The translations under genes and the position numbers were made by a program. The notes beneath the pieces were generated by a model, which did not search any database, was not told the DNA's origin, and saw only the letters and a program-made list of their open reading frames with translations. Source: Callorhinchus milii (lineage: Eukaryota). From it: a stretch of DNA of 64,000 bases. Below, piece after piece: positions 49,951 through 63,254 of this stretch. The first letter of the stretch is position 1. The number at the start of each line of letters is the position of its first letter. The stretch lies in the NCBI RefSeq assembly GCF_018977255.1, contig NW_024704743.1, forward strand, positions 58,840,001-58,904,000. The letters are read 5' to 3'.

Positions 49951-52900
49951 GCCAGAGATTTGATGCTCTGGGTGTCAGCCAGTTTAGCTTTTCATATTTA
50001 ACAAAAAGACTTACAGTCATTAAGTCATCACCAATGTCACTTTCTGCTTTAAGCGCAGGAACTGACGTTGGCAAGATGACCTGTAAGTTGAACGTTTTTT
50101 ATATAGTGTGGAAGTTGAAAAGGTACCCACACCTTTCAAAATCGACCATGGAAGTTAAATAAAATATATGTAAAAGCATCTAGGTTAGAATTGGGTAGAA
50201 TATAGGTTTTAAAGCAAATATGTAAAATTAATAATAGAAAATAGATTTAAAAAGGGGAAAATAAATTTAAATAAAAGGAAAACAGATTCAATTAATATAG
50301 GCAACAATTTAAAAATGTTTTGATTCTGTACTGATTTTAGTGGATTAAGGTCAATATAATAATACAATTACCCTGGGGTATGAATAATTGGTACGTTCTA
50401 CAGCATAACAGTGAGTAAGCTGAGGTGCAGAAGCAACTGTCACCCAAAGATGGGGATCTTGGTAAATCTGCTGTCAGTCTATAGTCACAAATGTATATTC
50501 ATCTTCTAAATGTCTTGACATATATTGCAAATTCATCTTATTTCCTAAATTATTTTCCAGTACCAGTATTAATTTTCAGCAATTCATTTTCAAAGTGCCT
50601 TTTTATGATAGTTATTCTGAAAAACCCAAAGGACATTAGTACTCTAAGAAAATGAAAACTCTTCAAAGTATATATTGTATAATGAGGATTAACAGATTTA
50701 GCAGTTACTCCATTCATTTTGAGCCCATACATGACTCAGCACAATGAAATGTCTTTGTCTTTTTATTTCACCAAAAGCTGATTAAAAACAAAATTCCAGA
50801 CCAAGGAGGCTACTTTTTCTTGAACAAATCAGACTGGCCACATTTTACATGGGAGCAGTGTCAGATTATTCTTCTGTGTTATTCATCCTTTGGATGAGAC
50901 ATTGAACCGTGGTCCCATATGTCTGTTCAGGTGGACTTAAAGATCTCATGGCCCTACTCGAAAAGAGAAGGGCCAGATAAAGTTGGTCATTCACTTTGTG
51001 GCTGTTTGTGTGCAAATTGGCTGCCACATTTGTCTACAAATACACAGTAAAATCCTATGAAATGCTTTGAGACCGATTGACAACATGATACGCAGCTATA
51101 TCAAATGCATATATTATTTATTCATTTCAGCAACTCCAGAACGTTCTTATCAAATCCACACAGCAATTACACTGTGTCTGTCCTTTAATGAATTTGAAAG
51201 GCCATGGAAGGCTACAGCACATTAAATCAGTTCAAGTGACATCCCACTCTGTGAGAATGCAGCTTCAAACTCTTATTGGAATTTCACTTCCAATCCAGTC
51301 TGACATTCCAGGTCTGGGGGAAGCACTGCATTGACAGTTGTGCCGTTATTCAGATGAGACATTGAACTGAAATCCCCTTTGCTTAATTTTCAGTGGACTT
51401 TAAAGATCCCATGACATTATTGGTAAAGAGAGGGCGATTTGCACGCTGTCCTGATCCTCCCGATTAATGGGCCATTCACAGGCCATCGAGGGATGTGGGA
51501 CCTCCCAGAACACACAAAATGCTGCTACCTTTATCACCAAATAGTCGCTACACCTGATAGCAGTTGCTTGTGAATTGCTTTTGAGATGTTGCAACTTTAT
51601 TAATTTTGGTGGTCTTAAATGGTTTATGGGATACAAATTGAGACCCCGAAGTGCCTCCTGTATATTCCTGGAGCATCGTGGTGTATTTCAGGTTGACGGC
51701 TGCAACCTTCCCTTCCACCTGGATGGTAATAGTTATGTGAACTAGATTCCCCAGACCTTCAGTCACAGCAAGTTTTTTTTTGAGGGGAAAAGTTGTATTT
51801 GGCTTAAAATTGCATGGTGTGCTTTGATAATTATAATAATAATTCATTGTTGGAAATTGTTTGTTAGGAATATTTAAGTCTTATTATCTTATTATCCCCT
51901 TACCACCCACTTTTTTTTGGGGGTGCGGTTCTGCCTGAACCTGCCTTTGACGTTGCCGGCTGTGAAGTGTTTGATTACTGGTTCCCAGAATGCTGGTTTC
52001 ACTCGGATTTCTTTACGTTAAGCAGGTATCCTGGGAACCAGAACTGAAAGAAATGCCAATCTCTGAGGCTGCCTTTGGCCCAACTTCTCTGTTGAAGTTG
52101 GGGGAGGGGAATTACACCCACGGACAGTCAGTAATTATCGACTAGCATGACCACAAGTTTCAACTACCCTAGAATTGTCAATGGTGTTAGTGGTAATTAG
52201 CACATCGCATTTTTCATTCTGTTAACTGAATGTGTCTGAGTTTAAAGAAAACGATTACCTGGCAGAGGGATAATAATCTGCAGGAAACCCTTCTGGTCTG
52301 CATACCAACTCTTTTTCTAGTCATATAGCAAGGAAGGGGTGGGGGGGGATCTGTGTCTGATCACGGTTTTGCATAGTGACGAGCATGAAATTTGATTTTC
52401 CCCAATTGTTCTGATGCAGTTGGATTTCTAAGCTGTCTAAGAGCACATGAGCAAGGAAAGAAAACAAACTATCACCCCACTTGCCCTCCACTCTGGCTTA
52501 GTGTATATACGACAGTCCTTGGCAATTGCTACATTTGTACACAGAGGCTTTAACTAATGAGTAAAATAAAAAATTAAAATTAAGTCTGTTCCGGAGGTCT
52601 GCTCCCTCTTTCCCAAATGTTTATTTTCCCAGACCTTCCCAGTCCCTGAAAAAAAGTACCTGATAGACCAAATACTCAACTGTTCTCAGTTGATTTGTAG
52701 AGGACATTTCGTAGAACTTTCTAAAAAAAAAGGTGACGTGTGGGTAGATTTGGATTTTTACTCAAAAAAGAAATCCTAAGATCTAACAAAAAATAATTTA
52801 TTTTGGTTTTCTGATTTTTTTTATCATTCAGATCTTTCCCTTTCCATTTTATAATGCATTCCTTATTGTGAAATTGTGGTTCACAGCATGCACATATAGG

Positions 52901-53210
52901 TCATATTTAATGGAGTTTTATTGGGGCATCTGACACCTGTAATAAGATACAAATTCACATTTCGAAACAGTGTAGCAGGCTGGTGATTTATGCAAAATGA
53001 CAACATCAAATAAATAAGACAGATTTTATAAAAATGTAAAATACAATAATCAGAAATCAGAAAATTGGAATGTTGTTAAAATTCATGTTGGTATTCATCA
53101 AACAACCCATCCAGGACAGCATTGTTTCTCATTAATTTGTCATTCACCTCATGTCTGTATTTGGAACCTTCCTTGATTTTTTCTCTCTGTTGCTCTTTAT
53201 TTTGGTTTCA

Positions 53211-55230
53211 CAATACAAAATTACATTTGTATAGCACCTTTCACGTCAGGAGGACGGCCCAAGTCACTAGACGGTCAGGGATTTGGACCCAAGCTGGGGA
53301 TCGGGGAGGGTGGAGGGTAGGAGGGTGGCTGAATGCTCAGTCAAAGAGGACGGTTTTGAGACGCGCCTTGACCTCTCCCACCGTCTTCATTTTGTTTCCA
53401 CAAACGGCTTTTCCTCCGCCCCCGCACTGTCTCGTGCGGTGTCTCTCAGGGCTCTGTCCTCGGTCCCCTCCTCTTCACCCTCTATATGCTCCCCCTGTGG
53501 TGACATCATCCGCAGACATGGGGTTAACTTCCACATGTATGCGGATGACACCCAACTCTACCTTTCCTCCTCTACTCTCAACTCCACGACCACCGATGTC
53601 CTGACAGCTGCCTGTCCGACATCGAGTCCTGGACGAGAGACAACTTTCTTCAGCTCAACGTGCGTAAAACTGAGGCCCTCCTGATTGGCTCACGTCAGCG
53701 CCTCCGCACCTCAGGCGCTGACAGCATCAGCATCCAAGGCTGCACTCTCCACCTCTCAAAGCCAGTCAGGAACCTCGGGGTTCTGTTCGACTCTGAGCTG
53801 TCCTTTCTTCCTCATATCTGCGCCACAACTGGCACCGCCTTCCATCACCTCCGAAACATCGCCAGACTACGGCACTACCTCACCCCTCACGTTGCCGAAA
53901 CTCTGGTCCACGCCTTTATCACCTCAAGGCTGGACTATGGGAACTCTCTCCTCGCCGGCCTTCCCGGCACCGCCCTCCACAAGCTGCAGGTCATTCAGAA
54001 CTCTGCAGCTCGTGTACTGTCCCGCACCAGGCTTCGGGACCACATCACTCCCACCCTCGCTCGCCTCTACTGGCTTCCCATCCCCCAGAGGATTGAATTC
54101 AAGATCCTCATCCTCACCTACAAGGCCATTCACGGCCTCGCTCCCTCCTACCTCTCCAACCTACTATCCCCCTACCTACCTGCCCGTACCCTCCGTTCCT
54201 CTGCCTCCGGTCTGCTCCACATCCCCCGCCCCAACCGCCCTACCATCGGTGGCCGGGCCTTGAGCCTCTCAGCCCTCAGGCTCTGGAACTCCATCCCCCA
54301 GTGCCTTCGCCTTGCTTCCTCCCTTTCCTCCTTCAAGGCCGGTCTCAAGACGTTTCTCTTTGACCGTGCCTTCAGCTCCCCTCTTGACTCTCTACCCCCT
54401 CCTCGCTCCCTCCCTTCCCTCCCCTCACCCTGACCATTTCCCCCCTGCTCGGGTCCTGACCCAACTGTCCAGCGCTTTGGGACGTCCTCCCAATGTGAAA
54501 GGCGCTCTATAAATGGAATCTTGTTGTTGCTGTTGTTGAAGGAGGCAAGGGAGGGAGCGAGGCAAAGAAATGGGATGGAGTTCCAAAGGGTGGGGGCAGA
54601 AAGGCTGAAGGTCTGGCCGCTGATGTTGGGGTGGGCCGTACGGGGGACATGAAGCAGGCCACAGCCTGCTGAACGAAGGGAGCAGATAGGTTGCTATGTG
54701 GTTAGTAGATCATGGCCTGCTAATTCGTAGAGGTAGGGAGAGCAAAGGCCGTGGAGGTGAAGGTGAGGACAAGGATTTTGAATTCCATCCTCTGGGCCTG
54801 GCCGAGGGTGGGGGTAATGGGGTCATGGAGCCTAGCGCAGGAGAGGACACGAGCTGCAGAGTTCTGGATGATCTTGATAGGCCGACAAGCAGGGAGTTGG
54901 CGTAATCGAGCCTAGATGTGATGAACGCGTGGATGAGGGTTTCAGTGGCCTGAGGGGTGAGGCAGCGGCGGAGCCGGTCGATGTGGCGGAGGTGGGGGAA
55001 GGCAGAGCGGGTCATGGCACAGATGTGGCGTAGAAAGGACAGTTGAGGGTCAAACAAGACTCCCAGGTTCTGAACTGGCTTAGTGAGGTGGAGTGTGCAA
55101 CCTTGAATGGTGATGCTGTCAGCGCCTGAGGTGTGGAGACGCTGACAGGAGCCAATCAGGAGAGCCTCGGTCTTGTTGACGTTCAACTATAGAAAGTTGG
55201 CTCTCATCCAGGACTTAATGTCTGCCAGAC
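53211..55230 (-). mobile_element. L2 LINE split by the above insertion (3' piece 53211-53371, 5' piece about 54536-55230)
   Basis: Minus ORF 54710-55186 ([22 protein letters not shown]). The two pieces rejoin as ...gagacgcgccttga|aggaggcaagg... Confidence 0.88.
53372..54538 (+). mobile_element. Young 5'-truncated L2 LINE inserted into an opposite-strand L2
   Basis: FHMYADDTQLY motif, uninterrupted 257-aa ORF 53660-54433, and tail gggacgtcctcccaatgtgaaaggcgctctataaatg(ttg)n. Confidence 0.93.
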
Positions 55231-55943
55231 ATTCTGCCAGACATCAAATGGTTACCACATTTGTCTACTAAAAACTAATTGCATTTGAGATTTGTAGTTC
55301 ATAATGATAAAAAGAATCCTTGCATTTGATATAGCACCGTATCACGTCTTCAAGACGTCTCAAAGGCTTCACAGAATATACTGTTGCACTTGCCTCTCAT
55401 TCTTTTATTTAAAAACAAATTCTCCTGGACTTCGTATTCAGTGTGGCCATTATTATAGCATAAATTTACAGTGGACCCTGTTCATTTAGGATTTGTGCAA
55501 CCTTTGAGCCAGCATGACAACTTTTCGCATTAAAATATCCAACTGCTGGTTCATTAGATCGCTGTTGATGTCACTTCCTTCTTTGCTGTGCGAGCAGAAC
55601 TGAGTTCTGTCAGTTGGCATAAAGCATATTGGTTTCCCGGAGGAATTAGGCACTTTGTGGTATTTTAAGCAAGGGGCGCAATTTGTTTTGTGTTTTTTTT
55701 TACCAATAAATCTTTCTGCTTTGTACCTGTTATGGCACATGGCTTATGACCATTATCCTAATTCTAGGATATCTATAATTCTATATTTCCACCTAAAGTG
55801 TCAGTACCACAACGTCCATGTAATACAGAAGGTTCAGTTCATTCTACTCCACATGTTAATGAAAGAGCACCACTTCTGCTGTATATATTGCTTTGCTAAA
55901 AGGAAATCACTCCAATTCTTTGATCTAGAATTAAGAGCAAAAT

Positions 55944-56255
55944 GTGGAGTCCTGTAGCTCAGGTTAGAGCACTCGCCTCGAAAGCGAGAGACCTGGGTTC
56001 GATTCCCAGCAGGGCAAAACCTTGGGCAAGTTTCCTTACTCCACACGCCTGATAATAATCCATCAAGAAAAAAATAATAACAAATTGCTCATTTTTAATC
56101 CACGACTGTTTGTGGGACACAGCTGCGCGTAATTGGCTGCCGGGTTTCGCCCACAAATATGCAGTTAATTCCTTTACAGTCTATTCAGTGAAGCGCTTTG
56201 AGATATCTAGAAGACGTGAAAAATACTATATCAAATGCAAAGATTATTATTATTT
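55944..56255 (+). mobile_element. Same SINE family, short body with older-type tail
   Basis: tRNA head and Deu core; tail gagatatctagaagacgtg. Confidence 0.9.
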
Positions 56256-57840
56256 ATTAAAATATTGCACACTGCTTGTTAGACTCCATATTATTTGCAG
56301 GTCACTCGCTTCATGTCTTGGAGAGGCATTTTCTTTCCTTTTTGGCCTTGCAAAAAATAAACATGCATCCTTGCTGTGATGCTTTCTGTCTAGAGTTATG
56401 ACTTTAGTTAACCACAGGTGGAGGCATTCTTCTAAGGTTTAAGAAGGCATGTTGATATAGGTTCTGGCAAAAATGTCTCTAATTCTCATTTTCCTATTTG
56501 AATTGGCAACATTTTCCTGGAATGTGGACTGTGCTTTCATTTGAACAATGTTAATATCTATTGTACCTAAAGGCAAGTTATCTGTCATCAGACAATTGAT
56601 TCTTTGCTATAGATCTGCCTGATTTACTGTATATTAACATTCCACTGAACAAGCTAAAGGAACTACATAATTTGTGTGAATAAAATGCAGTGAGTTGAAA
56701 AAGAGGTTAATAGTTCTGTACAGTCAAATTAGTCTGTCAGATCTACTTGAGAAGTGTTAGCAGCTTGTGGGCCAGTACAGAAAGAATCCAGCCAATTCAG
56801 GCATAAGTATAAGATTTTTTAAAAAATCAGAGTCCTGACAACAAACCGTCTGAATATATGGGTAAGGAAAGAAGAACAATGCTATTGATTTTTCTTAATA
56901 TTGTAGTAGCAACAGTAATACTTAATTTCATGAATTGATACACAAACAGCAGTAAATGTACTTCATATTAGACCTTCACTAATAGCATGGTAACCTTTTA
57001 ATTGCAAATTTCCATTCTTGCTTTGGGGTTACAGATGCTGCTGCAGCAGTTAGAGGCTTCTCATGTTTATTGATGTTGTTTTTCCTGTAGGGTGTGAAAT
57101 CTAGGTCAAGGGAAGCTTTCTGACTTACTGCTACTCATTCACAGCAGTGTGTTTAATCAATCTAACATGATGCTAATATTTTGATGCGCCCTACAAAGCT
57201 TTTTTTCTCTTCCATAGTCTGTGTGATTACTTCCTTTTTAACCCATTTAATAAGCTGTTTAGCATATTCATCTTCATTTTAGGTTTCAAATCATGTTTCT
57301 TTCTCTCACTTCAGTTATCCTGTGATTTTTGTCCACTTACCTCTTTTGTTTCCCGAAAATGGTAACTCCAGCTGTATTACAATACTCATGTGCCCTTGGA
57401 TACACCTTGTCTAAGTGTTCGTTTTTAAGTGTTTCTGCCTGTACACTAATTCTTGGCAGTACATTTACTATGGGGACCATATCAGCTAAGTCCCAGGCCT
57501 TTCCTCATCTATATTCATCCAAGTTCAGGCTCTACAGCCCAGAATGACATATCTTTTGTTTTTATCCAACCCTCTCCTTTGCTCCATGCTCCATTGCCTC
57601 ACTATAGTGATATTTTTGTTTAAAGTCAGCCGGGTGTCTTGAGACATGCACCCATCACCCTGCTTAAGAGTAACCAACCCATAGTGATCTGGTTAAGATG
57701 AAGAACTTGCCAATTGCAGTTGCAAATGCACAAACTTATCATTTTGAGAACAATGCACCAGAGCTCTGCAATTCAACGTAGTCACCTTGCCCCATTAATC
57801 AAATAGTTCAAAAGAAAAAGGTAATGCTTCCTGCCTACCA

Positions 57841-58216
57841 TAATAATAATAATCCTTGCATTTGATATAGTGCTTTTCATATTTTCTAGACGTTTCAAAT
57901 CGCTTTACAGAATATACTGTAAAGTGTATTGACTGTATATTTGTGGGTGAAACGTGCCAGCCAATTGCACACAGCAGTGCCCCACAAACAGTCGTGGATT
58001 GAAAATGACCAAATTATTATTGTTTTTTTTCAAAGGATTATAATCCCCGGAAAAGTGATCCACCAAGCGACTAACAACCGGGCTCCTACTTACTGCTAGG
58101 TAAACAGAGGCGTCTGGAGTAAGGAAACTTGCCCAACATTTCGCCCTGGCAGGAATCAAACCCAGGTCTCTCGCTTGCGAGGCGAGTGCTTTAACCACTA
58201 AGCTACAGGACTCCAC
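57841..58216 (-). mobile_element. SINE, long variant
   Basis: Reverse complement of the full element, from (TAA)n to ...gctacaggactccac. Confidence 0.92.
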
Positions 58217-61200
58217 GTCTTTGTAACTTAGATATATTTTGGTCAGCCAGGTGTCTGAGCCCTTACAGTCAAATACATTTAAGGTCGGCCACTTAGGTCA
58301 GGTATAGCCATGCAAATATCTGCTTTGCAATCCTTAGATCTTTTAAACTGAATCTGACAAAGCGGTGCTCTCCCAACACTACATTGGAGTGTCAGCCTGG
58401 ACTGTGAGTTAAAATTCCTGATGTGGGGTTTGAACCCACATCCTGAGACGAGAGTGCTACCAATTGAGCTAGGTTTGGCACCTAATTTGTGGAGTTTAGG
58501 AAATAAATTTTCATCACTCAACAATTGGAGTGGGAAGCGTAATTTATATTTCCTGTTCCAAATTTACATACGACAGAGTTGCCAAGAGCTCAGGGCATGC
58601 ACAGTATGGGTCACATTTCAGAAACTCTGCTTTGTTTTTAATGTGATAGAAGAGTCGGGAGTGGAACTGCTAAATTAATAGATCTTTTGGGGCATCACAT
58701 TGATTCTGTTAAGCAGTGGAATTTCATTAACGATTTCATTAATGGTTGGGCTGAAGGTTTTTGTGATAACAATCTCAGAAAACTGCATGTTTATGTATCT
58801 AAAAGTAGGATATTGGCTTGACTCAAACCCAGTATTTTATGAAGTAGTATTTAGAATCTGCTTTGAGTATGCTATTGCTAAGTAGCAAAACAAGTTGGCA
58901 GCTGAGCAATTTTTGAAAATAACTTGCACTTATGTAGCGCCCTTCACACAGGGCAGTATGTCGGGTGTTTATTTTCAGAAGAAAAAAACAAACCATTGAG
59001 CTTTAGCGAGGAGTAGGGTTTCAGATCTGAAATCAATCAATACAATTCTGACATTTAAACAGAATTGGATTGATATTTATTGCATGAAATATAACAAACC
59101 ATCATGGGATTTTTTTCCCCCATAAAGTGTTAAAATAATTGTAGACCCATGTTTGTCCTAGATAAATAAAGTTAACATTACTGTAAAGTTTTTCAGCTCA
59201 GTTTCAGTGTAGGTCACACATCTTACATTTGTATGATAATATTTTAAGCCCCCTGAGGTGCAGAAGGGATGGAATTAATGTCTTGGCAGTATCTCCTGAA
59301 TAATTTAAGCATTTATAGACATGCACCAACCTTCATGTAATAGTTTTCTCTACCACTGGGACAGTTACTTTCAGAAATGAGATTGCACAAACAAAATTCT
59401 AGACGGTTATTTTTGTGTCTGCGTATATTTTGCTTTTCAGTGTTGTCTCAAGATAATTTCAGTAGATTTTTACAAAGTTCGATACTTATCAGTGTGTCAG
59501 ATTGTTTTATAAATCCATTTTATTCTGAAATTCTCAACTTATTTAATTTTCATTTTTTATGTCATTCATTGGTTTCAGAAGATCATTCTCAAAGGCTTGA
59601 GAATTTTCAGTGTAATTTTCTGCAGCTACTTTTGCAACATTAGTTTTTAATATAATTGAGGTGCCTTGATAAGTATTTGAATGTCACAAGATTTCTTTGA
59701 ATAACCAAACATATTTTTATATGTTCTGTTTTATCTGGAGTGCTACAATGAATTGTTTGTTTTCACCATTTCTGTTTTTGGACAGCTGGCTGTCTTAGTA
59801 AATGTATGCCTCCTACAAATGGAAATTTCTATGTCCAGAACGGAGAGCACACAATTACCTAATTCCAGAAGGTTTTTGACGCAGGTTGGCTGGAGCCAAG
59901 GTTTTGGTTACCCCATAGTGAGTGTTGGAGTACTGCTGGAGTTTAATGAGCTAGAACCACATAGCTTCCATTACAATACGCCATCTGCTTTGATGGGAGA
60001 GTTAATATACCAGAGGACTGGACCTCAGTGGGTCAAAGGACCATTGATAACCATATTACTTCTGATGCAATTATGAACTTGATGCTCATTTAAAAAAAAG
60101 ATGCATTATTGAGCACAACCAGAGACTTTTTTTTAACATGCTGGGAAACTGTATGTTTGCAGAGATGCTGGGAAACTGTATTGCTAAAGTAGGTGCAAAT
60201 GCAATAATCACCACTTCAATTAATTTGGACCAGTTCCCAGCATCCTACCTTTTTTTAATAATTGAATTCCCACAGTGGGGCTTAAGAAAATCTGTGTGTA
60301 TCCATCCATGAATGCTTTATGATAGCTTGCTTCTTGAGTCTTGATGGCAACTTAGTGTAAGCTAAGTGTAGCAACTGTGATTCCAATACTTCTCAGTGTA
60401 TGTAACCAGGAAGATGCCCCATTAGCTGTGACTCACAAGCAATCTAACACTTGTCAAATTGAACAAAAACTTAATAAAAAAAAAGAAAATTGAGAAGGGC
60501 AAGTCTCCCAGCATCATTTGATTTTGACAGCTTGATCAAGCTTGGCTTTTGTGGCTTTTTACCCCCAAATAAATTCAATTTAATCTGAATTTTTTAAAAA
60601 AATACCTGGAGGTGAAAATAACATCCTAAAGGGCTGATTTAATTTTGGGATTAAATTCATTTTTAATGATAATTCTTCCCCCAAGGAAAACAAGCTAATG
60701 AAGACTATCCTTCCAAGTTGACCTTAATTTTGTTCATAATTACTTTATATCTGATATCAATATCACAAAAATTACGCCTAATTCGGAAAGAGGAAAAACA
60801 AGATAAAGAAACAAATAAAAGGCAGGAAAAGAAAACTAACTTTTAAGAGGAATTGAATCCTAATGGGTGACCTGTTTGCGATAAATAATTGAACAAGTAA
60901 ACAGTCCTAACCAGCTGTGCTGCAAACATAAATGATAATTTACAGAAGAATTTAAAACGTGTTATAGGAAAATGTTTAAAATCTTTTCCTATATTTTTTC
61001 CCATGTCTTCTCCATACTGTCTTCTCATTTCCAGTTGAGAGGTCGAACGCATAATGTACTCATAGGATTCTGCTAATGATGCTGTGTAAATGGTTAGGTG
61101 GAAGAAGGCAAGAGTAATTTTGGGTGACTTTTTTCTGCTACTCCTAGACAGAATTCTACTGCAATATTCTGCAGTTCAACGTAAATTAGAAAAAGTGTTG

Positions 61201-62554
61201 TAAACACCCCCTCCCCCCCCCAAAAAAGCTATTCTCAAGGAAACTGAGATAAGAAATTGCAAGTGTGAAATCTAGTCGTTCCTTATCATCTTTCTAATGA
61301 AACGATCAACATTTTAGTTGTGCATTTTTTTGTGCATCGGGAAACTAGAATTCCTTCACTCCATCGAGAAATTCTAAAATCTTTCCATTAGACTGGTAAA
61401 TGCTAAAACTTTATCAATATTATAATAAGAAAATACTACTATCTACCAAGACACAATTATAGCACAACTTTTTAACATCTAATAAGAATTCATGGTGCTT
61501 CATATGGGATCTGAGGAGGGCAGAGAGAGCAACCTCTGCTTCTGAAATGTAGGGTTCCCACAAAGGGACTTTGTGTTACAGTGATACCGTTGACTGTATA
61601 CCACTATTGATTATGGATCAAAAGCTACAAATTCCATTTGCCTGGATTCTGTAGATTAGGCATTGAAATATTCCCATGACAATAACTGATCTATTCAGTC
61701 TATTTGTTAATCAGGCATACTTACGACTGAAAATAGGAAGGATCAGAAAATTTGTCGTTAATACATTTTAGCTGCGAGTTAACATCTTTGGTCTGCTTTT
61801 ATGTAACAATGTAGAGTAAACAGATCTTGGTGGGAGAATTTATGTTGCATAACTTTCTCTCTGTTAATGTTACTTCAGCAGTTCATGCTTCGTTAAGTTT
61901 TAACTAGACTTCATAGGCTGTTATTGCTCAACAGTGGGTTTCTTTTGAAAAAAATGTATATAAAATCTTTTCTTTAGGGAGATTGTAGACCAAGACACAA
62001 GAAGAAACTCCCTTCTCTTTTTGAATTGTATCATGGAATCTTTAATGTGCACCTGAATAAACTGTCGGGCGGGACCTCAGTTTGTCGTTTGCATGTCAGC
62101 CCAGACTATGAGCTCAAGTTCCAACATGAGGCTTTGTCCTTGAGATGAGATTTCTTTAAATAAATTGGTTGTTCACTTCATTGTTATTTGTGGGATCATG
62201 TTGAGTGCAAACACGGCCGCTGCATTTGCCTTGAAAAATAGTCACAACAATTGTCAGCAATTATTTGTGAAGCCCTTTGGGACATTTTGATGTTCTAGAC
62301 ACTACACTGAATACACTAGCTCACAGGGAATTCCTACCATCCATTTAGTGAGGGTTCATACCCTTGCTTTTTGGATGTCAAATGACTGACTGACTATTCT
62401 CCTCGGGGGAGAGGTAAGTGGGTCTCCTAGAAGATGACCTGACTTCAAGGTGACATGCTTGGCAACGCAATGTCGGAATTGAGCCAAGCTTCTGGAGTAC
62501 GCGCTTCAAGATGCTACCCTGTGTGGAGTGAGGCATATAAATCCAAGTTGTTGG

Positions 62555-63040
62555 CGGCCTTAGAAATCCAGTTCCTGAACTAGGTGGATCTGCAGTATTC
62601 CAGGGCACTGTTGATAGCAACAAAGCCAGCCTGGCTCATCGGCGGAACTTGGAAGAACAGACTATTCATTGGAAGTAGGGATTCTTCCCACTCAGCTCCC
62701 ATTAACCCTGCAAGTCAAAGCCTTAACAGGTAGAATGGTCCTAGCTGGTCAAGCAGCAGAAAAGCTTGCCAGACACTAGTGGCAACCTATTTTGGATTTA
62801 GCGGTTAGACTCCAGCAGTACTCCAATGCAAACTCTGGGGTTCCCAAGCCTTGGATCTTGCCAATTTGTGTCTAATACTCTGGTGAGCAGGAATGCGACC
62901 CTCCAGGGAGAGTGTGCATTCCATTCCAATAAATACCACTGAAATTTCCATGCATCCCACCATGTACAGGTGGAATGCATGGAACTTGGGTACACTTAAG
63001 CATTGTAATGGGTTTTGTCAGCCAGGTGTGGCTGACAAAA
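62555..63040. repeat. Unclassified interspersed repeat, longest copy; its left part also matches 39890-40088
   Basis: gccagcctg and gggattcttccca are shared with 39890-40088; the right part is shared with 1-450. Confidence 0.8.
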
Positions 63041-63254
63041 AAAATGCAATGATTATTATTTTTATTTTATAATACCAACCAACAACTGAACACACAATGT
63101 GGGTGCAAACCTCAGTCAAGATATACCAACATCTTTTTTCCCACCCATCCTGCATATTTGGGGATATATGGAATACAATCTACCTCAAGTCACTTCACAG
63201 GATTTACTGTGGAATGGATTGACTGTGTATGTCAGTAGACTGCGTCTACCAAGA

